This document shows, in pieces, positions 19,645 through 31,737 of a DNA stretch of 64,000 nt. Numbering within the stretch: the first letter of the stretch is position 1; each line of letters starts with the position of its first letter. The notes under the pieces were generated by a model, which was not told the DNA's origin, did not search any database, and saw only the letters and a program-made list of their open reading frames with translations. The stretch comes from a virus (taxonomy: Duplodnaviria; Caudoviricetes). The stretch is taken from positions 1 through 64,000 of the IMG/VR virus record IMGVR_UViG_3300033519_000155, one strand, 5' to 3'. A program made the translations under genes and the position numbers.

Positions 19645-20497
19645 GTTTTATATAATTAGAATTTAATTCTATTCCTAAATAATGCCTGTTAGTTTCTATT
19701 GCAACTTCAGCAACCGTTCCAGACCCCATAAAAGGGTCTAAAACAAGTCCTCCTACCGGACAAGTAGCAAGTATGGGTGTTCTTACTAAGTCTGGAGGAA
19801 ATGTCCCACAATGTCCCTTATAGGGTTTAACACATATAGTCCAAACAGCTCTCTTATTTCTCATTCCTTCAGGAGAATTAGAATGAAAAGAAGGTAACTC
19901 TATTACTTTATCAGTTAAACCTTTCTCCAATCGAAATTGGTTTACTGCTTTTTCCTGCTTTTTCCTTAAACCTGAATTTACAGACCCTACTACTCCCTGA
20001 CTACCATAAGGAGCAGTTCCCCCTTCACTCACACGAGGTTCAAATTGTTGTTCAAAATAATAATCATCTAATTTCGTGAAAAAGAATAAATATTCAAAAT
20101 CATTTGTAAATCTATCTTTTACACTCTCAGGAACTATCGCAGGTTTTTTCCAAATTATAGTATTTCTAAGGATTAAACCTGTGTCTAACAACATTGTTGC
20201 AAGTCTAAAAGGAATACCTAATAAACTTTTATTTACTTTACTATAAGTATCTCCTAGATTAATCCATAATGAACCTGTTGATTTTAATACTCTTTTACAT
20301 TCCATAAAGATATTAAAAAGAGTTTTTAAATAATCGTTAACTGTTTTTTCCTGCCCTATTTCCAATTTTCCTGAATGATATTCTCGGAGTTGATAATAAG
20401 GACTGGAGGTTATAATACAATCAACAAGTTCATTAGGAAATCTTTTTAATAAAACTCGAACATCACCATGTAAAATCCTATTTTTCATTCTAAACAC
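19586..20497 (-). CDS. Amino DNA methyltransferase, beta class (N4C-like)
   Basis: ITSSPYY, WINLGDTY, FPPDLV, DPFMGSGT. Confidence 0.9.
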   Translation of the reverse strand: MFRMKNRILHGDVRVLLKRFPNELVDCIITSSPYYQLREYHSGKLEIGQEKTVNDYLKTLFNIFMECKRVLKSTGSLWINLGDTYSKVNKSLLGIPFRLATMLLDTGLILRNTIIWKKPAIVPESVKDRFTNDFEYLFFFTKLDDYYFEQQFEPRVSEGGTAPYGSQGVVGSVNSGLRKKQEKAVNQFRLEKGLTDKVIELPSFHSNSPEGMRNKRAVWTICVKPYKGHCGTFPPDLVRTPILATCPVGGLVLDPFMGSGTVAEVAIETNRHYLGIELNSNYIKLAEERIQGVKKRVSNEINI

Positions 20498-21042
20498 CTA
20501 TAACACAACACAATTTTTGGTCGCAACTCATCGGAGTTTGTATTCCAGACTCTTTTACCAGTCCATTCATCTGTTCCTTTTCCAGCGACCCTCTTACACG
20601 TATATCCTTTAGTTTCTCCTATTGGTGTCCACCCTGCCCGAATGTATAACTCACCTGTTCTTGGTTTTTCTATCAATGTTTCAAAACCGACACAAACATC
20701 ACCGTATTTGCTTTGCCAATCTTTTTGAGATTGATTAACAAATAGTTTAACCACAGAAGACGTAAAATTACGTATGGGATACGCTCCATTATGCGGAGTT
20801 ACATTAAAAAAGATGTTATTAATAACACAATTTAGGTCTTTGATGGTAATTCCTAAAAATTCATTCCTATTGGGCAAGAACCTTGTAGCTGACCCTGCAA
20901 CAATATGTCCGTAATATATTGAGTCGTAAAATATAGCATAACAAATATTGCGACCAACGAACCCTTTTGGCATCGAGTAATGATTTTCCATTCTCAAAAG
21001 AAGATTTTTATCTGTTCTTTTTGTTTGTAACAATTCCAACAT
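20485..21042 (-). CDS. Mom/DUF4338-like GNAT-fold protein
   Basis: DWQSKYG..FETLIE..G.LY.RAGW..IGETKG resembles the DUF4338/Mom C-terminal motif. Confidence 0.6.
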   Translation of the reverse strand: MLELLQTKRTDKNLLLRMENHYSMPKGFVGRNICYAIFYDSIYYGHIVAGSATRFLPNRNEFLGITIKDLNCVINNIFFNVTPHNGAYPIRNFTSSVVKLFVNQSQKDWQSKYGDVCVGFETLIEKPRTGELYIRAGWTPIGETKGYTCKRVAGKGTDEWTGKRVWNTNSDELRPKIVLCYRCLE

Positions 21043-21050
21043 TAATACCT

Positions 21051-22187
21051 TTACTCCTTATCTAATGCTATATCAAAGGGTAATACAATAAAAGATTGTC
21101 CACCATGCGTTGTAATTTCTATAGTGCTAAAAGGTGCATAGGGTTCTTCAATTATTCCTGTAACTGTTCCGCAAATTCCAGTAAACTTATGTTCTCCAAT
21201 AACTATTACTTTATCCCCAAATTTAAACAACTTCTTCAACCTCCTCAAAGGTGTCGATAGGTCGTAAATCTGTAGGTAAATCTGCAAAATTTAAATACGC
21301 ACCGCACTCTTCACAGAGTATTCTATCTGTTTCCACAATAGTAAGAGTATGTTTACAATCTTCTTTTCCTTCCTTCCACAGAGGTTTTAATTTACGTTTT
21401 TTGAGAGAGTCAAGTAAACTCCCAACCATAGCATTTTCAAGGTCTTGTTTATAAGTTTTTACTCCTTCCTCAAATGCTATGTTTACTGCCTGATTAAGAA
21501 CATCCATAACTCTTTCAAAACAAGCATCAATTTTTTGTCTCATTACTACAGGTTTATAAACATCAACCCCAAATTTTAATTTTCTGCTTATTTCTGTTAA
21601 TTCTGTTCTAAATTTATTAAACTGTTTCTGCATTTTCATTATTATTTAGTCCTTTCAATTATAAATCACTGATTTCCCTTACACAGACTTCATAAACACC
21701 TAAGCAATCATAACATTCATACCAACTTGTGCTTATACCTCGTCTTTTTCTTGCTTTAAGAGGGTTTTTTCTATTTGTGAGCATTTCCCCACAATGAGGA
21801 CAAGGTAGGATATTGTCCACACTGACCCTCTCTTCTCTTGTTGTAGTTTTTATTATCTCCCTTCTTTCTTCAATTTCTTTCACTATTTCCTCATCTGTTT
21901 TTATCATCTTTTTTGCCCTTCTTCTTTTTTCTTCAATTTCTTTTATTAATTCTTCATCTGTTTTGCACATCTTTTTTACTCCTCCTCTTTTTTCGTAACA
22001 TTTTATTATAGCAATCGTTACATATTAATCCAGTATGATTATCAAAATAATGTTGTAGAGGATATTCTTTTCCACAGTCTTTGCAAAATCGAGAATTTTG
22101 TTCTTTAAACTCTCTGTTATTTCTTTTTTCAAGTAATACTATTACTTGTTCAGTAAATAATCGAAAAGAAATACCCTCTATACTCAT
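21051..22187 (-). CDS. Four small hypothetical proteins (21051-21287, 21223-21639, 21659-21970, 21954-22187), several with CxxC ribbons
   Basis: ORF track; tight packing. Confidence 0.6.
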
Positions 22188-22190
22188 AGT

Positions 22191-22586
22191 TTAATACTTT
22201 ACCTCCGGGTAAACTTTAATTGTGAGGTATTTACGACCCCAAGTTATACAATCGTTATAGTTAGGCATATACACATCTATAATGTTTCCGTTTAAAGCAC
22301 CACCTGTATCGAGTGACCAACCATAACCATAACCGGGAACATACATATATGAATAATAAGGGATAACATAAGGGTCAACTGCTATTGTTCCCCAACATAC
22401 AGATGTTCCCCTAGAAGTTGTTGTTCCCTGACAGTATGCGGTAACTTCTACGTCTAGCGTATAAAATTTGCCGACTTTATCCTTCTTGAAAGTTTCGCTT
22501 GAAACTTGTAGTGTGAGAACCAGTAGAAACACCACTGACATAAGTAATCTGAAAATCATTAATTCTCTCCTTTTGAGTTTTAGCAT
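22191..22586 (-). CDS. Exported 3D-domain (MltA-like) cell-wall protein
   Basis: N-terminal hydrophobic signal; VTAY, IAVDP.VIP, DTGGA..IDVYM. Confidence 0.88.
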   Translation of the reverse strand: MLKLKRRELMIFRLLMSVVFLLVLTLQVSSETFKKDKVGKFYTLDVEVTAYCQGTTTSRGTSVCWGTIAVDPYVIPYYSYMYVPGYGYGWSLDTGGALNGNIIDVYMPNYNDCITWGRKYLTIKVYPEVKY

Positions 22587-22602
22587 CTTCTAAGTATGTT
22601 AA

Positions 22603-22630
22603 ATTATACCATATATAATTTGAAAGTCAA
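22603..22630 (-). promoter_or_regulatory. Sigma70/SigA-type promoter
   Basis: TTGACT-16-TATAAT with TG extension, upstream of the 3D-domain gene. Confidence 0.6.
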
Positions 22631-22643
22631 CATTAAAAACAAT

Positions 22644-25600
22644 CTATTTTTCTTTATTATCTGGAGGTTGAATAAGAATTGTATAGGTGCTAACAAAACC
22701 GTCATACTCTGTTCTACAATTCTTACACCGAGCAGAAACATTTTCGTTACAAAAATCAAAGTGTAATTTTTCTCCACGGGAACATTCACAATCACATAAA
22801 TCTCCCTCAGTATAATCTTTACCATGTTCTAGTAATAAGGGTTTTTCTTCTATTACACCAGTTACTTCATGCCAAAATCCCTGACTAATAACATCTTCAT
22901 GGTCTTTCATCTTTTTCTACCTCCAATTCTCTTCCACATTCGCATTTATCATTATAAAAGTCTAAACATCCCCCACAAAAATAACCAGATAATCCACAGG
23001 AACATTTCCAAGCGTAATAAACCACTTTACCCTTATCTTCTCCGCATCTATCACAAATTGTATAACCCGATGCTCTTTCTTTTACTTTTAAATACGCTTG
23101 CTCTAATTCAAGATTTATATGGGCAAACGCATCACTTATTTGAGTATCCATATCTTTTAACTGACAGGAAATTTCTATAACCATATCTTGAAATTTCTCC
23201 CTAACATTTTTTTCTAAGTCATGAAATTTTGTTTTTAATACATTATATTCTTTATAAAGCTCTCTCTTTTCATTCATTTATTTTTTCCTCCATTTCTTTC
23301 CAACAATCTTTACAATATAAAAAACTATCCATATCACAGTCTGAACATTCGTGAAATATCTTTCCACAACCCCGACAAAGAAACTCCCAAATTTTATCAC
23401 AGTCCTCTCCGCACCATTCACAAGTTGTCATAGCTTCAGGCATTTGAACTCCCCCAAGTCAATTTAGGTTCGTGACTACATAAAGGACATAAGTATTGTT
23501 GTCTTGTCTTATTAAATTTAGGGTCTTTCGTATAACAGTATTCACATAACTGAACCTCTGAAAAATCGTAAATAAACTGATTTTTCTTAAAATAATGTTT
23601 CAAATACAAACCACTATTAGGATAAACACGAATTCGAGTCATTTTTGGTAGAGGTGCTACATCATTCCAATCCTCTAATTTAGTAATTTCTGCATCTTCC
23701 GAGAATACCCACATAGGTTTATTACGAAGTCCTAATCGAACTTCCATCACCTCAAATGTTCCCGTAGCTTCAAAACAATTATCACAGGCAACCACTCCAT
23801 CATCTTCATACTCAACCTGATATAATTTACCAGTTTTAAGTTGCTTTAATCCTATGTATCTTCCAGCAAAATAAATATCTTTTCGTTGATTTATTGGTCT
23901 TGTCTGGTCAACGTGATATTTGATTATTACTTTCTGCCCATTCCATCTTTCAGGAACTACAAATTTTTGAAAAGTTACATTCATACCTAATTTAGCATCT
24001 TCTAATTTACAAATAGACATTACTTATCCTCCTTATACTTTGAATATAATTTTTTAAGTAACTTCCAATCTTTATGATATTTGTTTAATCTTTTCCAGTC
24101 CTCTTCAGAAATTCGTGGAAATTTCTGTTTTAACTCATTAATAGAAGGTTTATCCCAACCTATAATAACTCCATACACCCATACATCTTCACTACATAAA
24201 GACATATCTTTACTTGTAGTTGCTAATAGAGTTTCTAATGACTCAAACATATCTTTAGGTTCATATCTGCCCATAAAATTTCTCCTTACTCGTAGTAATT
24301 ACTTTTTAATTTTTCAATCTTACCATCTAGCATTTTTACTATTTTTTCTTTTAAATCTGCCACTACTACTGCTGTTATTTCATCAATTTCCATATCTGTT
24401 TTGCATTTCTTTTTTGGTTTTTTAGGTTTCACATAAGGTATTACAATACCATCAATAGTAGTTTCATAAAATCCTCGTTTCATTGTTTATTCCTCCACAT
24501 AAATAGTCTTGCCTTTTTCAAAATTTACTTTATTCTCAAAAGGTTTTGTTTTATACTTTACTATATCATCAGGATAAACTTTCATTTTCAAAAGCATTTT
24601 AAAACTTTCATATGTTCGTATATTTTTTGGGGGGAAATTAAGATAACCTGTTTTACTTAAAATATCCTGCTCTCTCACATAAAAAGGTTTATTCATTATA
24701 CCAATCCTTATCTCATAACAACCTAAAGAACCAGTTGCAAAAAAAGCATAACCATAATCACTGTCATAATCTCTATCACCCATTAGCAGATACTTAAATC
24801 CAGTTACCTGCCCAACTGGAAAAGGTTCTTGTAATTTTACAACGTGCAAAATTCTTCCTGCACCATATATTTTTCCTTTTACTACTCTTGAAAATTCAAC
24901 AAAATTTCCTATATCGTAACGCATATAAACCTCCCTATGATACTTTTTTAGTATCGTTCATATTTACAACTTTTACTATAGGAATATAAGGTAAATAAAT
25001 ATACCCTTTATTTTTAGATTTAGGTTCTTTGTATTTTTCATCTAATCTATTAAAACTTTCTTCTGCTTCACATTCCATACTTGGGATTTTTACTTCATCA
25101 ACTTTATACAATTTTATAAAATACCTATTCTTACAAATATGGCAGTAACCCATTAATTGAAGATTTTCTACCACCTCACTCTCTATAGCAAAATCTTCTT
25201 CCTCTGAGTCTTTATTAACACAGTTAGGACAATAAAGTATCATTTTATTTCCTCCGGTAACTTATAGGTATTAAAACCTACATAGTCCAGATATTTTACA
25301 TCCTTAGTTTCAACAATTTCATAACAGCGTAACTCATATTTATATTTAGCTTTTAATCTTTTTAAAGCATCTTTCATACTAAGCTCAGACATAGTATTAA
25401 AATTACTCTTTTGAAATCCACAAAAAGACCACCCTTCTCTCTGTGTATTATGCCTGTCTTGGTAAAGATTTCTTTGTGTTACTATACCGAGAAACATTTG
25501 TCTGTGGTTTAATACTACCCATTGTCTCTTTTTATCACTCTCTATCATCTTTAATTCCCTCCTCAAATATTTCTGTTTTTTGTTTTTCCAGAATTAATTT

Positions 25601-28600
25601 TCCATCTTTAAATACTGGAATGTAAACATAAGTTCCATCTTCTTCCTCTGTTGCCAATATATCAAAAGTATAACCTTTATATAATATGCACATATTAAAT
25701 CTCCTTAAATAAAGAAAGATTTCATATATGCTTCGTGTTCTGCTTGAAGTTTTTCTTTTTCAACTAAAAATTTTGCGTCTTTAATTAATTCTTCAGGTTC
25801 TATATTTCCGACAGCATTATCTTGAATAAACTCTACAAGTATTTCTATCACTTTTATTAATACTTTCTCACTCACAAAATTAGACATAATTAAACACCCC
25901 AATCATCTTCTTTTTCAAATTCTTCTACTCCTGCACCTGCATAAGGTAACTTAATTTTCCCTCTATGCAATTCTGGTAACTCTCCTGTTTCAGCAAAATA
26001 CTCTAAAATTTGTGCAACTTGTCTAGCTTGACTTCGGGTCAGGTGCATACGTCTATTAAGATATTCTCCAGTGCTGGCAACAACAGGATTATCACACCCT
26101 ACCCATATACAATTTTTTGATGCTAAAGAACTTTTTTGAATTGAGTAGGGTTCTTTATAAAAATCTTTAGCATCAATATAGGAAAATCCTCTAAGTGTTA
26201 CTTGGTTTTTCATAATTTTACCTCCTTAATACCATTGTCCACCTTGATATGTTACTTCCTTTACTTGAATTTTGAAATGACTGTTGCACTCTTCACAATG
26301 GAGGATTTCTTTTTCAACATCTTCCATTTCGCACTCTAACTCATTAGCATCTCCATCATACTTTCCACAATAAGGACAATACAGTTTCATACCTAGTCCT
26401 CCAATCTCTGTTCTATTTTTGCAATTTTTTCAAACAAAACTTCTTCTAATTTACTATTTATTGCAAATAACATTTGAACTTGCCCTGTTAACATATTCAA
26501 TCGGTCAACCATTTCCCATAAACCCTTATCTAATTCAGCAATGTAAGGTGCAATTACCTTTTCAACATTCTGTTTAAATGCTTCATCATACAAATTCTGT
26601 AAAACTTTATCCATTAACTATTTCCCCCTAAACTTAAATTATTAAAAGCACATTCTCTTTTCTTTATTAGCGTAACAAGACAATCTTTATTTACATAAAT
26701 CTCCAACTTTATCATATCTACATCAGCTAATTTGTAACCTTTAGGTTTTAGCATTTTTAAAATAGTATAATCTATGTTGTTTAAAGTAATCTCTTTCTTC
26801 ATTACCTGTTACCTATTTGTTATCCTTTCTTGAAATATAAACAGTCCCGGAATATTCTTTACGCAAATCTCTAAATAAGTCATTTATCCGAGTGTTCATT
26901 CTGTCTTTCTTTCCCTGAGAAGTTACAAAATTTGTTAACTTCCTTATTTCAATTTTAACCATATCAACAAAATCATCAAAGGACAGTTCTTTACCCAAAA
27001 ATTCTACAAAACTTTTCCCGGAACAATACGGACATTTAACTATAGGTTTATTATAGGGTTCTATTAAACTTTCTATAAATAAGTCTAAATTACGTAATAA
27101 ATCTCCATAATCTTTTCCCACTAATGGAGGAATATGGTCTCTTTTTATAACATAAATACTATGTTTTTCCTGAGTAAAAGGATTTTTTCTATATAAACGA
27201 ATTTCCCCTGAATATTCATACATATCTACCTCTAAATAATTTTTATTAACCCTTTCAGCTAATTCCTTACAGAGAATAGTCCAAACAACATCTCTATGAA
27301 ACGTGCAGGGTAAATTTATCCACTCTTTTTTTGGATAAGTTATTTCATGCAATAAAGAAACATCAATATTACCCAAGTATTTTATATTTGAAACTTCAAG
27401 CTCGGTTTGAGAGCTACTTATCTGAAAAGGCACAAGGGTAAATACATCTGAATATTCTCCTGTGCGTTCGTAATAATCATCAAGTCCTTCTGGAAGATTT
27501 TGATATTCTTCCGCAGAAATATCCGATTTTGCCACATAGGGAGATGTGGAAACATAACGAGGATTTATCATTTCCTGTGATTTTCTTGTTAATTCCACTG
27601 GATATTCCTCACATTCCCACCAGTGAGTTAATTCAGTAGATTTACAAAATTCTAAAAAAGGTTTACCATTTACTAAATAATTTTTTCTATCTCCCGAATA
27701 AATATCACCAAAATTTATAAAATATCCTCCCTTAGTCTTTTTGATTATCTCTAAATTTATCATCATATTCTCTCCTTATCTTTTTTATAAATTTTCTACC
27801 TTTTTTGATAAACCAGTTATAATTTGAAATATCCTCACTTATTGACGTAATAAAATCTTCAGCATCTTCTTCATTATCAAACTCTAATTTCATACCTCCA
27901 TTATCACAATCTACTATCATATTTAAAGTATCATCAAAAGACTCATAACTATTGCTATCTAAACTTCTCCATTTCCCCTTTGAAAAAGTAAAAATAATAC
28001 TTTCATTATCCGAATACGTAACAGTTGCTTTTAACATCTTATTTCCCCTTTCTCACTAATGTTTTGCTACTAAAGAAACAAACCAAAATTCCCTATGACA
28101 ATTAATACAAGAACACCTGTAAAAACTTTTTGTTTTTACTAACCCGAAATGTTCGTTCTTATCATCTTTTTCAAGAATTTTTATATTATTACTCTGACAA
28201 TAAGGACATTCCAATAGGTTTGACAACTTTTAAGTCCTCCTCTCTTACATAGAAAGGTTTACGAGAAAGATTTACCTTTACTTCAACAAAATTCTCTGCT
28301 GCTGTAGGTCTAAACCTACTAACATTAACATAAATCCCTTCTCTTAAATTAGTAGTTCCTGTTACAACTCCTCGTATAGGTAAACCAAAATTATACTGAA
28401 CAAATCTCTTTTTCTTCCTTTCTCCAACTCGTTCCAATTCCTCAGTAAACCATTCAGATTTCGTGTGTTTACAAAATTCTACAATGTCTCCAAGCTGGAT
28501 ATTGAATTTGTATTTTCCCATTTTATCACCCCCTCATTAATTAAATCTAAAAACTTGTTTCTACTAACAAGATAAATTCCGGTAGGGTCTTGCACAGGAA

Positions 28601-28673
28601 TTAATAAATGGAGTAAGATTAATCTTCTCATTAATTCTATACTCCATTTATACATTTTTTCTTCAAAAATCAT
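22644..28673 (-). other. Dense array of about 20 small hypothetical ORFs (e.g. 22644-22910, 22897-23277, 23436-24020, 24020-24274, 24286-24483, 24487-24924, 24935-25243, 25240-25566, 25705-25902, 25890-26213, 26393-26614, 26614-26802, 26813-27766, 27732-28037, 28189-28521, 28479-28673)
   Basis: ORF track plus short zinc-ribbon ORFs read by hand in the gaps; GGAGG RBSs; promoter at 28701-28729. Confidence 0.7.
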
Positions 28674-28700
28674 ATGATACCCTCCTTACTTACAAGTTAC

Positions 28701-28729
28701 ATTATATCATATGATTTTATGATTGTCAA
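28701..28729 (-). promoter_or_regulatory. Consensus sigma70/SigA promoter
   Basis: TTGACA-17-TATAAT with TG extension. Confidence 0.85.
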
Positions 28730-28738
28730 CTTATTTAA

Positions 28739-31726
28739 TTATTTTGCATCAAACCAATTAGTTGCCATATGTCCTTCTACAGGTAACTCAATTCTAAGTT
28801 TAACGGCATTTTCCATCAAATCTTTTGTCATATTAAATAGTTCCTCTGCTTTTTCTTTTTTAATAATTATGTTGATCTCATCATGGATTTGACTTAATAA
28901 TCTATAATTTACAAATAAATCTCCAGATTTTCTTAATTTACTTCTTATATTTCGCATTGCTATAGCAACTATATCTGCTGCCCCTCCTTGAATACCTGTT
29001 TGACCTGTAATATAGGTCATACCTTCTCTACGAGCAACAACAGTTCCATGTTTCATAGTTGGACACCACATTAAACATGTGGTCTTATATACTTGTAAAT
29101 CTTTTTTCTGTAATTGCACTTTGTCTCTTTTTAATAAAGATATATTATAACACCCAGTCATTTTAGGAACATTTTTTAATTTATCACTTTGTGGAGAATA
29201 CTTACTCATATCTCTATATTTACCATTACTACTTATACCAGACAACACACAAAGCATTTGAAACATATCCATCTTCTTCTTTGTTCCACAACACATAACT
29301 TCTTTAATTGTTCCCACACCTGCGCCATCACCTCTTAACATTTCTCTTAATAAAATATTACATTGCCGTTGAGACAAAGAACATAAAAATTCAGAAGTTA
29401 ACACACGTTCAGGAAATAACTTACGTATTTCCCTACTAAAACTAATGTTTAATTTCCAGCAACAACACTCTGTAAATTTAGCAGTATAACAATTATATCT
29501 TATATTTAAATTATTTAATAACTTGTTTATATCTGCCACTTTTTCAGGATTTGCTCTTTTACTTTGAGAAATACCTATTATACCCCTATGTTTACAATAA
29601 TAACCATCAGTTAAAATCCAACCAACTAAACGAATAAAATCATCAGAATATAAATCATTATCAGGCATCATATTTTCACACGTTCTTAATATTCTATCAT
29701 CTCCCCATAATGAAATTGTAGAAGATGTAACAAATCTATTTCGTTTAGGTTCTTTACTATAAACTAACCATTTATGGTTAGGAGTTGTAAGAGCACTAAA
29801 AGCTCGATGTTTAAATTCATAAACATCTCCATGATAATCTGGAAATATAGACAATCCTATAGGATAATCCCACTCCATCTTACCATCTAATGAAACAGTC
29901 GCACATTTAACTTCCCCCAGTGCATTTTTTATTTCCCAAACATTCATCCATCCCTGTTCAGTTAAAATTTCAGTTTTTTCATCAAAACAGTTAACCGCAC
30001 GTCTTTCATCGGAAGAAATTTCACTATAAATTTTTCGTCTTTCCACAGGGTCTTCTATTCGACCGAGAGTTTTTGCCATTTGCAAAGCTAATAAAGGTCT
30101 TTTCCTACCAACTAGAGTTTTTACAAAACCAAATTCTCTACCATAGCGTTTCTGTCGGAGAACATATTTTGCTACACCTTCATATTTGTGCATAAACACA
30201 TCTAAACTATTCCGTGCTTCTTCTACAGAAATTTCATCTGCAAAAGTTTCTGCTTCTTTATTTATAATATCTGCCATACCTCTTCCCGAAATTCCATAAA
30301 CTGTGCCGAAGGAAACTTGCTTGCCCTTTCTACGCACATCAGGGTATTTGTCTTTTACTTCATGCACTTCACAGGGAAGATTAAAACAGTCTTTTGTAAC
30401 TTGTGAATGAACATCTCCATTATTTTGATAAACTTTTAAAAGAATTTTATCCTGAGAAACATGTGTTACTATTCTTAACTCTAATTGGTTATAGTCAAGA
30501 GTTCCCCATACCCAATTATCATCAGGTATTTTAAATACTTTGCGTATTGGAAATTCCTTACTTGTAGGAATATTCTGAAAATTTGGCATAGAGCTTGATA
30601 ATCTACCTGTCCGAGTTCCTAATTGCCAAAAATTTGAATAAAGTTTTCTGTCAACTATTTGGTCTAAAAAACCATCAACATATGTGCCCAAAAGCTTTTT
30701 TAATTTTCTATAACGTAATAAAGCAGTAGCAATTTCATACTTCTTGTTTTCAAGTTTTTCTCCAGAAAGATATTCTTTATGCCTTTTTCTAAAATTTAAA
30801 AGCACATTAACATCGGTGCAGAAATCACCTTTTTTATTCTCTTCTCCGAGAGGTTCTAACTTTAAAGTTGAGAAAAGAATTTTACTAAGTTGCTTTGTGG
30901 AATTAATATTAAATTCTTCTCCTGCTAATTCATAAAGCTGTTTCTTTAATATTTCAAGTTCTGCTCTTATCTTTTCACCCATTTCTATTAAATACTCTGT
31001 GTCTATATCTGACCCCTGAGTTTCCATTTCAGTAACTACTTTTACAAAGGGTAATTCCAAATCATAGTAAACAGTATTATATTCTGCTTCTATTAAAGGT
31101 TTAAAGTATTCATATAACTTATAAGTCTGAATAGCATCGTGCCATGCATATCCCCCTAAATCTTTTATGGGAACTAAATCCACTCGGAGAACTCCAGTTT
31201 TAGACTCCTTTGTGGCAAGTTCCGCTAACTCGGTCATTTCTTCCCCTAATAATTCTTTTGATAAAGTTTTTAATTTATGTTCTCTGTCCATTTGTAGCAA
31301 CCAACTGGCAATCATAGTATCCCAAAATTGTGTTTCCGTATTTATATCAGAATACTCAGGAGGTTTACCTACAGGATTTTTTGACCACCTAAAATATCTA
31401 CTATCATAAAGATAAACGTCTTGCAAACCATAACTTTTAAAATCTGCTTTTGCATTATGAAGTATCTTTAGTTTAGTTTCATCTTCTAAATATGGTTTAA
31501 GTTTATCCATTGTTTCTTTTATGTCCAACTGAGGTTCTAATGTATTGTGCCCTAATGGAATATAATAACCATGATAATTATTCCCTTCTTTAAAGGCAAA
31601 AGAAGTTCCTACGAAATGAACATCTGGATAACCCCTATCCACATACTCTGAGTCCAATGCAAATGTTTGATATTTGTCTAAATCTTTTAATAAACAATCC
31701 AGTTCTTTCTCATTCCTTACTATCAT
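28739..31726 (-). CDS. polA: Family A DNA polymerase (3'-5' exo + polymerase) with intein
   Basis: ALDSE, HNAKAD, RLSSSMPNFQNIP, DYNQLELRI, RRKGKQVSFGTVYG, IQGGAADI, QIHDEI. Confidence 0.96.
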   Translation of the reverse strand: MIVRNEKELDCLLKDLDKYQTFALDSEYVDRGYPDVHFVGTSFAFKEGNNYHGYYIPLGHNTLEPQLDIKETMDKLKPYLEDETKLKILHNAKADFKSYGLQDVYLYDSRYFRWSKNPVGKPPEYSDINTETQFWDTMIASWLLQMDREHKLKTLSKELLGEEMTELAELATKESKTGVLRVDLVPIKDLGGYAWHDAIQTYKLYEYFKPLIEAEYNTVYYDLELPFVKVVTEMETQGSDIDTEYLIEMGEKIRAELEILKKQLYELAGEEFNINSTKQLSKILFSTLKLEPLGEENKKGDFCTDVNVLLNFRKRHKEYLSGEKLENKKYEIATALLRYRKLKKLLGTYVDGFLDQIVDRKLYSNFWQLGTRTGRLSSSMPNFQNIPTSKEFPIRKVFKIPDDNWVWGTLDYNQLELRIVTHVSQDKILLKVYQNNGDVHSQVTKDCFNLPCEVHEVKDKYPDVRRKGKQVSFGTVYGISGRGMADIINKEAETFADEISVEEARNSLDVFMHKYEGVAKYVLRQKRYGREFGFVKTLVGRKRPLLALQMAKTLGRIEDPVERRKIYSEISSDERRAVNCFDEKTEILTEQGWMNVWEIKNALGEVKCATVSLDGKMEWDYPIGLSIFPDYHGDVYEFKHRAFSALTTPNHKWLVYSKEPKRNRFVTSSTISLWGDDRILRTCENMMPDNDLYSDDFIRLVGWILTDGYYCKHRGIIGISQSKRANPEKVADINKLLNNLNIRYNCYTAKFTECCCWKLNISFSREIRKLFPERVLTSEFLCSLSQRQCNILLREMLRGDGAGVGTIKEVMCCGTKKKMDMFQMLCVLSGISSNGKYRDMSKYSPQSDKLKNVPKMTGCYNISLLKRDKVQLQKKDLQVYKTTCLMWCPTMKHGTVVARREGMTYITGQTGIQGGAADIVAIAMRNIRSKLRKSGDLFVNYRLLSQIHDEINIIIKKEKAEELFNMTKDLMENAVKLRIELPVEGHMATNWFDAK
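29000..29989 (-). mobile_element. Intein (330 aa) ending in Gln, with LAGLIDADG domain
   Basis: AVN/CFDEKTEILTEQGW..TPNHKW..LVGWILTDG..EMLRGDG..ITGQ/TGIQGGAAD. Confidence 0.9.
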
Positions 31727-31737
31727 AACTATCCCCC

